Below are positions 58,658 to 64,000 of a DNA stretch of 64,000 bases, piece after piece. Under the pieces are notes generated by a model. The model did not search any database. It was given only the letters and a program-made list of their open reading frames with translations, and was not told the origin of the DNA. Source of the DNA: a virus. How positions within the stretch are numbered: position 1 is the stretch's first letter; every line of letters begins with the position of its first letter. The translations under genes and the position numbers were made by a program. The stretch spans positions 18,472 through 82,471 of the IMG/VR virus record IMGVR_UViG_3300023179_000069. One strand, given 5' to 3'.

Positions 58658-58828
58658 ATGAATCACGACGAAGCATTGGCAGCCATCCAGCGTGTTTGTG
58701 ACTTGCATAAGCCAATTTATGAAGGCGGTTGGATGGAGGCAGAAGGAGGGGCTTTTTATTGTTCTTCATGTGTAGATATGTTGTACCCCTGCCCAACTAT
58801 CAAAGCATTGGAAGGTGAGCAGGGATGA
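58658..58828 (+). CDS. 56-aa LHKP-CxxC-YPC protein, not in ORF track
   Basis: RBS AGGAG; paralogue of the 21449 C-terminus. Confidence 0.7.
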   Translation: MNHDEALAAIQRVCDLHKPIYEGGWMEAEGGAFYCSSCVDMLYPCPTIKALEGEQG

Positions 58829-58943
58829 GCGCCTTTATATATGAAATCGTCACATCTGATGCTTTTATTAATGAAAATGTCACGCTTGACAGCCAAAACA
58901 ATCTTTATCACAAAAAATTGTCACAAAGTACATGGGGCGAAAA

Positions 58944-59078
58944 ATGAGCCGGAAGCCAATGAATGTGTCAGGATTCTGTAATACACAACATCACGATTTA
59001 TGTAAGCATGAGTTTGATTTTGGATCAGACTACAACAACAGATATTTCACTTGTCAATGCAAGTGTCATACAAAATAA
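58944..59078 (+). CDS. 44-aa CxCxCH microprotein
   Basis: SGFC..H..C..CQCKCH. Confidence 0.55.
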   Translation: MSRKPMNVSGFCNTQHHDLCKHEFDFGSDYNNRYFTCQCKCHTK

Positions 59079-59139
59079 ACAAAAGCATATTCAATATGCT
59101 ATACTATATCAATTATAACTACTACAGATAGGAAAAATT

Positions 59140-59364
59140 ATGTCTAATTTGACAGAGTTGAATTATGACGATGCTCACAGTTTTGTTGAGAAGAATAAGT
59201 TTAGAGGATTCTATTGGGACGGTTGGAACATGGTAAAGTTTACACCCAACGCCAACGGTTATGTACAAACTAATGGAATGTTTCGTAATGGCACATGGGG
59301 GTACGCCACCACAATTCCCATGACCGATTCAGGTACATGGAAAGTACTAGCAAAATATGTCTGA
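59140..59364 (+). CDS. Hypothetical protein
   Basis: YWDGW motif; RBS AGGA. Confidence 0.65.
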   Translation: MSNLTELNYDDAHSFVEKNKFRGFYWDGWNMVKFTPNANGYVQTNGMFRNGTWGYATTIPMTDSGTWKVLAKYV

Positions 59365-59665
59365 TTATCTTAAAAATAATGGCATTGATAAACAAGATGT
59401 AAGATGGTGGAATCTAGCTGCTTGTGAGAACATGAATGTAAACTGGTTCTTTGATGATTATGAATCAGATCAAGTTCTAGCCAAGCAAATAGATAATGTG
59501 TGTATGTCTTGCCCTGTAATTAAATTCTGCTATAAAGAAGGAATAGAGAACAAATTACAAGGAGTCTGGGGCGGGGTGTATGTGAAATACGGAAAGCCCA
59601 AGAAGCAATACAATATGCACAAAACCCCTGAAGTGTGGAGAAAGTTGAAAAAATTGCATGGATAG
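59357..59665 (+). CDS. whiB: WhiB-family Fe-S transcription factor
   Basis: AAC..CxxCPV...C..GVWGG. Confidence 0.9.
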   Translation: MSDYLKNNGIDKQDVRWWNLAACENMNVNWFFDDYESDQVLAKQIDNVCMSCPVIKFCYKEGIENKLQGVWGGVYVKYGKPKKQYNMHKTPEVWRKLKKLHG

Positions 59666-59975
59666 TTTAGTTTGGAATGAAGAACCTTTTGAAAAACAAA
59701 AGCCTGTAAGAATTACATATAATATTAAAATGGCAAAAGCTATCAGAAATATTAAATGTCCAGTTAAAGGTTTGGTTTTTGATATTAAAACTAGACCAAA
59801 TTATCTTGCAATTACAATTTATGAAAGCAATATAATGGAATATAATGATTCTCAAAGAGAACAAATCATGAATTATTTATTGCTTGTTCGTGAAGTAATA
59901 ATGTCTTATGGAACACCATGCGAAATTGAGGGCGTAAAAGATGACGAGCAAAAGAAAAAGGGAATCAGATTTTAA
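59658..59975 (+). CDS. Hypothetical protein
   Basis: Operonic overlap. Confidence 0.6.
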   Translation: MDSLVWNEEPFEKQKPVRITYNIKMAKAIRNIKCPVKGLVFDIKTRPNYLAITIYESNIMEYNDSQREQIMNYLLLVREVIMSYGTPCEIEGVKDDEQKKKGIRF

Positions 59976-60150
59976 TCAAATAATTTATATATTTGATGAG
60001 AACTGCCTTGGTCAGATAGTTTCTTATGGCGCTCATGCATCAAAAGTAAAATATAATAAAAATGGAATAGAATACATAGTTGATTTGCTCAACGAAGAAT
60101 TTGAGTTAATTGCCGATTCAGGTATTCATTATATAGAAGAGGATTTATAA
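59941..60150 (+). CDS. Hypothetical protein
   Basis: Operonic overlap. Confidence 0.55.
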   Translation: MTSKRKRESDFNQIIYIFDENCLGQIVSYGAHASKVKYNKNGIEYIVDLLNEEFELIADSGIHYIEEDL

Positions 60151-60380
60151 TGCTATGTCAATCATGTGAAAAGCCAAAAGCTCAGCTTTTTTCAAAAAAC
60201 TCCAATATAATTAATGATATAGGTTTAGTCTTATGTCAATCTTGTATTGATTCCAAATATGAGCCCCGATGGATTATTATTTTGGCGGGAAGATCAAATG
60301 GAGTAGAATCAGTAAGATCATATATTACCAATAGGCGTTATATAGGCAAAGAGATTATAGCCTCAGAACTCATTGTATAG
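60150..60380 (+). CDS. Zinc-binding hypothetical protein
   Basis: CQSC twice; EPRW. Confidence 0.65.
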   Translation: MLCQSCEKPKAQLFSKNSNIINDIGLVLCQSCIDSKYEPRWIIILAGRSNGVESVRSYITNRRYIGKEIIASELIV

Positions 60381-60389
60381 GGAGAATAA

Positions 60390-60683
60390 ATGTTAAGTAT
60401 TACTGACAATATGGATTTAATTAAATCCTCTCAGAATTCCATTGTGGCCTTTACAGCCACATGGTGTGGTCCATGTGTAAAGCTAAAACCGGAATTTGCA
60501 AAAGCTTCTGTTCTTGATAAAGACAGAAGTTATTTTATGATTGATATTGATAAGATTGACAAAAAATATTTAGAAGAGTATAGTATTAAAAGTGTTCCTT
60601 CAGTATTTATTTTTAATGAAGGCATTATAGTAAAAAAAATTGATTCCAGAACCGCGCCGGAAATTATTAAGGAGGTGCAATAA
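60390..60683 (+). CDS. Thioredoxin
   Basis: WCGPC; SVP. Confidence 0.92.
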   Translation: MLSITDNMDLIKSSQNSIVAFTATWCGPCVKLKPEFAKASVLDKDRSYFMIDIDKIDKKYLEEYSIKSVPSVFIFNEGIIVKKIDSRTAPEIIKEVQ

Positions 60684-60940
60684 TGATTAATAAATCTTTA
60701 TATTACATAATAGGAAGAACTACAGGCTTGGCATTTTTTCTATTTATTAATGGATATGCCGCTTATGATGCTTTTTTAAAAATTAGAGCAGGTGAAAGTT
60801 TTGTATCAAGCTTGGCTTTAATTTTTGCATTTGCAGCATGGCGCAAAACTCTATTAATTAATGCATATGTAACGGAATTATATATAGCAAAGGAATCGGA
60901 AAATGACTTGTATCGTAGCAGTTTCCAATCCGATAAATAA
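60683..60940 (+). CDS. Two-TM membrane protein
   Basis: RBS AAGGAGG; hydrophobic. Confidence 0.6.
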   Translation: MINKSLYYIIGRTTGLAFFLFINGYAAYDAFLKIRAGESFVSSLALIFAFAAWRKTLLINAYVTELYIAKESENDLYRSSFQSDK

Positions 60941-61463
60941 TAGTATAGTTATCGGTGGGGACAGAGCAATATCAGACGCAATAAATGGTATTACTATTAC
61001 AACAAAACATCCCAAGGTATTTAAATGGGGTTCGTATCTATTTGGTTATGCTGGAGACATAAGAGCAGGCAAAATTGTTCAATATTATTTTGAACCTGAC
61101 GAACCACAAAAGGATATGGAATTAGATGAATATATGAATAGATTTTTTGTATCACAATTAAAACAATGTTTAGATGATAGTGAATATGAAATTAACAAAG
61201 AAGATAGTAATTCAGGTTTTGGATTAGTTGTTGCAGTTAATGGTCATATTTTTGAAATTACTTCACAATTTGAAGCAATTGAATATGCCACTAACTATGT
61301 AGCAATAGGTTCAGCTTCAGAATATGCGTTAGGTTCTTTGCATTCGACAGAATTTAATAAAAAAATTACAATGAAGCAAAGAGTAGAATATGCGCTTGCT
61401 GCAGCAGCGGAGTTTTCCACAACCTGTTCAGCACCATTTGATATTATTAGTATAGGAGAATAA
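60903..61463 (+). CDS. Ntn-hydrolase, HslV/proteasome-beta-like protease
   Basis: N-terminal MTC, GGD, PKV, GYAG, AIGS. Confidence 0.8.
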   Translation: MTCIVAVSNPINNSIVIGGDRAISDAINGITITTKHPKVFKWGSYLFGYAGDIRAGKIVQYYFEPDEPQKDMELDEYMNRFFVSQLKQCLDDSEYEINKEDSNSGFGLVVAVNGHIFEITSQFEAIEYATNYVAIGSASEYALGSLHSTEFNKKITMKQRVEYALAAAAEFSTTCSAPFDIISIGE

Positions 61464-61741
61464 TGATTCAGGCAATTGGAACTTATGTAGTTATTAAAGA
61501 AATTAAAGAAGAAAAAGAAGAGACCACTAAATCTGGTCTTTACATTGCATCATCAGAAATTGATAGATCGGTTCCTAGGGGCATCGTAATGTCTACTGGA
61601 CACGAAGTGCCAGAAAATATTAAAGAGGGCGATACAGTGCTGTTTGCGCCCCATTCTGGAGTAGAATTTACTGAGAATGAGCAAGATTATCTTGTAGTAG
61701 TATGGAATGCTCTTTATGGAAAGGTTGGCGGGAATGAATGA
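61463..61741 (+). CDS. groES: Co-chaperonin GroES
   Basis: TKSGLYI mobile loop; KEGDTVLF. Confidence 0.88.
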   Translation: MIQAIGTYVVIKEIKEEKEETTKSGLYIASSEIDRSVPRGIVMSTGHEVPENIKEGDTVLFAPHSGVEFTENEQDYLVVVWNALYGKVGGNE

Positions 61742-61955
61742 TATTCCAGTATCTAAAGATACATTAGAAAATATCGTAGCAGAAGTAGCTATTGGTTTAT
61801 TAGAAGCATGGGCCATTGATAATCGTATTCCAGATGGAGAAGAAACAAAATACAGTATTTATGCTGTAGATGACACCGCTACCGTAATTAATCTCTTTAT
61901 GGAGAAATTTAATGAAGCAATGTCTCAATCACAACGCCAATCACTTTCAATTTAA
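61734..61955 (+). CDS. Hypothetical protein
   Basis: Operonic overlap. Confidence 0.55.
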   Translation: MNDIPVSKDTLENIVAEVAIGLLEAWAIDNRIPDGEETKYSIYAVDDTATVINLFMEKFNEAMSQSQRQSLSI

Positions 61956-62129
61956 TCTTAGACAAGTGGTAAAATATATGCATGGAGTGAAAGTAATTTC
62001 ACTCTAAATCTATATAAAGGCGATGATATCATCAAAAACATACTGAAAAAGATAGAAATAATATCTGATACAGTAGCCATTTGGTCAGGGAAACCCCTGT
62101 TTCTATTTCTCCATCTAATTTTTTGGGGG

Positions 62130-62378
62130 GTGTGGATAGGGTTTAAAATAGAACCCTTTCCATATGGTCTACTAACATTAATAGTATCCTTAGAAGCAAT
62201 TCTACTATCTGGATTGATTCTATCCTCATCAAATCGGGCGGCGGAACGAGATAGAAGAGTAGCCAAAAAAGATCTAGACCTATCAGAAGAAACAAATGAC
62301 ATTATAGATAGAATGGCAGACGATATTCACAAGATTCGTAATGTTCTCTGGAGTTCTAGTGCAAATAAATACAAATAA
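62130..62378 (+). CDS. DUF1003-like membrane protein; true start probably near 62028
   Basis: EPFPYGLLTLIVSLEAI..NR..RD. Confidence 0.75.
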   Translation: MWIGFKIEPFPYGLLTLIVSLEAILLSGLILSSSNRAAERDRRVAKKDLDLSEETNDIIDRMADDIHKIRNVLWSSSANKYK

Positions 62379-62435
62379 ATATGGTAGAAAAAAAATTAAA
62401 TATGGTAAAGTAATGTAGATTATGTATTTTTGATA

Positions 62436-62476
62436 TAATCCACAATATCCACAGGTTATCCACAGGTTTATTCACA
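62436..62476 (+). promoter_or_regulatory. Four tandem DnaA-box-like 9-mers
   Basis: TAATCCACA, ATATCCACA, TTATCCACA, TTATTCACA. Confidence 0.7.
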
Positions 62477-62648
62477 GGGCCTTTCGTAATGTTAATTTGT
62501 GGGACAAGGCGGGCATATAAATATGGGAAAACACCTATAAAATATGCCCGTTTTTGTGTATTTCTCTCCACTTTATACCCTTTTTATATAGGTAAAACAC
62601 TAACTTTCCTCCACTTTGCGGAAAAAATTGGGGGGCCTTTCGTAATGT
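62477..62648 (+). repeat. 16-bp direct repeat GGGCCTTTCGTAATGT
   Basis: Copies at 62477-92 and 62633-48. Confidence 0.85.
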
Positions 62649-62686
62649 CATATATGATTGTGTAGCGGATAGTAAAATATAAGAGT

Positions 62687-62718
62687 AAGCCCCCCGAACG
62701 CCGCAATTCGGGGGGCTT
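62687..62718 (-). terminator. Terminator for leftward genes
   Basis: 12-bp stem AAGCCCCCCGAA/TTCGGGGGGCTT. Confidence 0.7.
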
Positions 62719-62801
62719 GGTGAATAGATGTTATTCTTTATAAGACTTGGTAGGAAGTACCTGATAGCCTATCTATTCTGTTATGTATATATTATATCAA
62801 A

Positions 62802-63110
62802 TTAGGCTCCAATGAATTCCCGCCCGGTTACATCATAGGTGGGATTTTTGATAGGGTCTAACTCTTCACTAAGAGCATAGTCTTTTATCTTCTTACACAT
62901 ACGCACAATGTCATAGCGGTCTACTGGAATAAGACCAATTTCATAATTGTAGGCTTGTGCATAGATGTAAGACAGAATAATGTTCATAAGGCGAGCATGA
63001 ATGTCATAGGGTTCTGCTTCTAATCTATTGACTAGGGCAGGTTCATTCATTCTAAAGTCCCCCAACTCCTTGACTAGCACCTTATAGACCTTATCTGTGG
63101 GTGTGGACAT
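62802..63110 (-). CDS. Hypothetical protein
   Basis: RBS AAAGGAG before MSTPTDK. Confidence 0.7.
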   Translation of the reverse strand: MSTPTDKVYKVLVKELGDFRMNEPALVNRLEAEPYDIHARLMNIILSYIYAQAYNYEIGLIPVDRYDIVRMCKKIKDYALSEELDPIKNPTYDVTGREFIGA

Positions 63111-63139
63111 AGACACTCCTTTCGTGTAGTGACATTGTA

Positions 63140-63478
63140 TCATGCCACTCTGACATCAGATTCCTTAGATGTAACAACAATTGACGGTGCAAGAATACCA
63201 CCATCACATACGCAATAAATCATATGCATAGAACATTCTCTACAAGTAACAAATGATACTTCATAGCCTTCTACGGTATGGCCCTTTAGAGTCCGACCCA
63301 GCCGGACTGCATTTTCTCCCAGCTTGTGAAAATTAATACCGGGCTTTGGGGCGGGTTTAGAAGAAGACTCATCGAATGTACCACTATATTCAGCAATAGC
63401 ATTCTTCATAGCTTCAGTAAACCTCCCCCGCTCTCCTACATTAAAGCCTAGGGACCTAAGATATTCGCGTTTTGTCAT
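63140..63478 (-). CDS. Lsr2-like DNA-binding domain plus zinc finger
   Basis: REYLRSLGFNVGERGRF; CxxC..CxC. Confidence 0.65.
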   Translation of the reverse strand: MTKREYLRSLGFNVGERGRFTEAMKNAIAEYSGTFDESSSKPAPKPGINFHKLGENAVRLGRTLKGHTVEGYEVSFVTCRECSMHMIYCVCDGGILAPSIVVTSKESDVRVA

Positions 63479-63807
63479 AGGTTATACTCCGTTCCTTCTT
63501 CATCTTCATATGTGAGATACAAACTACCATCGTCTACATAGAGATAATAATGTTCTGGTAATTGACTATTCATCCAATCAATAGCCAATGCGGATTCTTC
63601 CCACAGGGCTTCATTGATATCAGCAATTTCCTCATATGGCAATTCATCATACATATCCATATCGTTCTGTAACTGAAAATAATCAACATCATAGCCATTC
63701 TCATAGGCTAGTCTAATGATACGAAAATCCAATTTGTGGGCGGGAATGTGAGAGCCATCAATAACACATCCCAAGTCAGAACCATCTACATTATTTAGTC
63801 TGTTCAT
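63475..63807 (-). CDS. Acidic hypothetical protein
   Basis: GGAG 6 nt before ATG. Confidence 0.65.
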   Translation of the reverse strand: MNRLNNVDGSDLGCVIDGSHIPAHKLDFRIIRLAYENGYDVDYFQLQNDMDMYDELPYEEIADINEALWEESALAIDWMNSQLPEHYYLYVDDGSLYLTYEDEEGTEYNL

Positions 63808-64000
63808 TATCATCTCCAATTGTTTCGTATTTTTCCAATAGGCTAAGGGCATTAAATGCTTCTTCAATATCTGTATCTGGGTCAAAGTAGTCTACCACAA
63901 TCATCCCCTCCAAGTCAAGTCTTTGGAGGTCCGGGTTAATTGGGGCGGAACAAAGAATACCCTGCTTCATAAAGTAACCAATACCACTTCCTTTAGGTGC
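63791..64000 (-). CDS. Hypothetical protein, 3' part
   Basis: Open frame from window edge to TAA. Confidence 0.5.
   Translation of the reverse strand, partial: APKGSGIGYFMKQGILCSAPINPDLQRLDLEGMIVVDYFDPDTDIEEAFNALSLLEKYETIGDDNEQTK

Noticed and set aside
21610-58828. Duplicated segment as a DGR template/variable repeat pair
   Set aside because: Differences include many C/T changes, not adenine-only; no reverse transcriptase in the window.

Overview
A 64-kb segment of a large, AT-rich lytic tailed phage. WhiB, an Lsr2-like RGR domain, leaderless promoters and CCA-less tRNAs point to an actinobacterial host; the gene order resembles large Streptomyces and freshwater actinophages (my inference, no search run). 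Order: tail module (1-13.2 kb), DnaB/primase/SSB/DnaE/RecA replication block (15.8-29.4 kb), small sugar/nucleotide cassette (29.4-33.2 kb), terminase, lysin, tRNA/ncRNA and stress genes (33.7-41.9 kb), a 13-kb glycan island (41.9-55.2 kb), lytic transglycosylase plus tmRNA, small host-takeover genes, then a DnaA-box-rich non-coding gap at the strand switch (62.4-62.8 kb). Best leads: a rearranged tRNA-Arg(UCU) whose D-loop sits 3' of the anticodon arm; a shared W-x-G-x-F peptide on three small proteins that may load cargo into the capsid; structured RNAs in front of all three HNH genes; a fucose/perosamine/heptose glycan pathway; apparent genome-wide removal of CCWGG and ACGT; a tandem DnaA-box array. 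All protein calls are motif recognition by eye.
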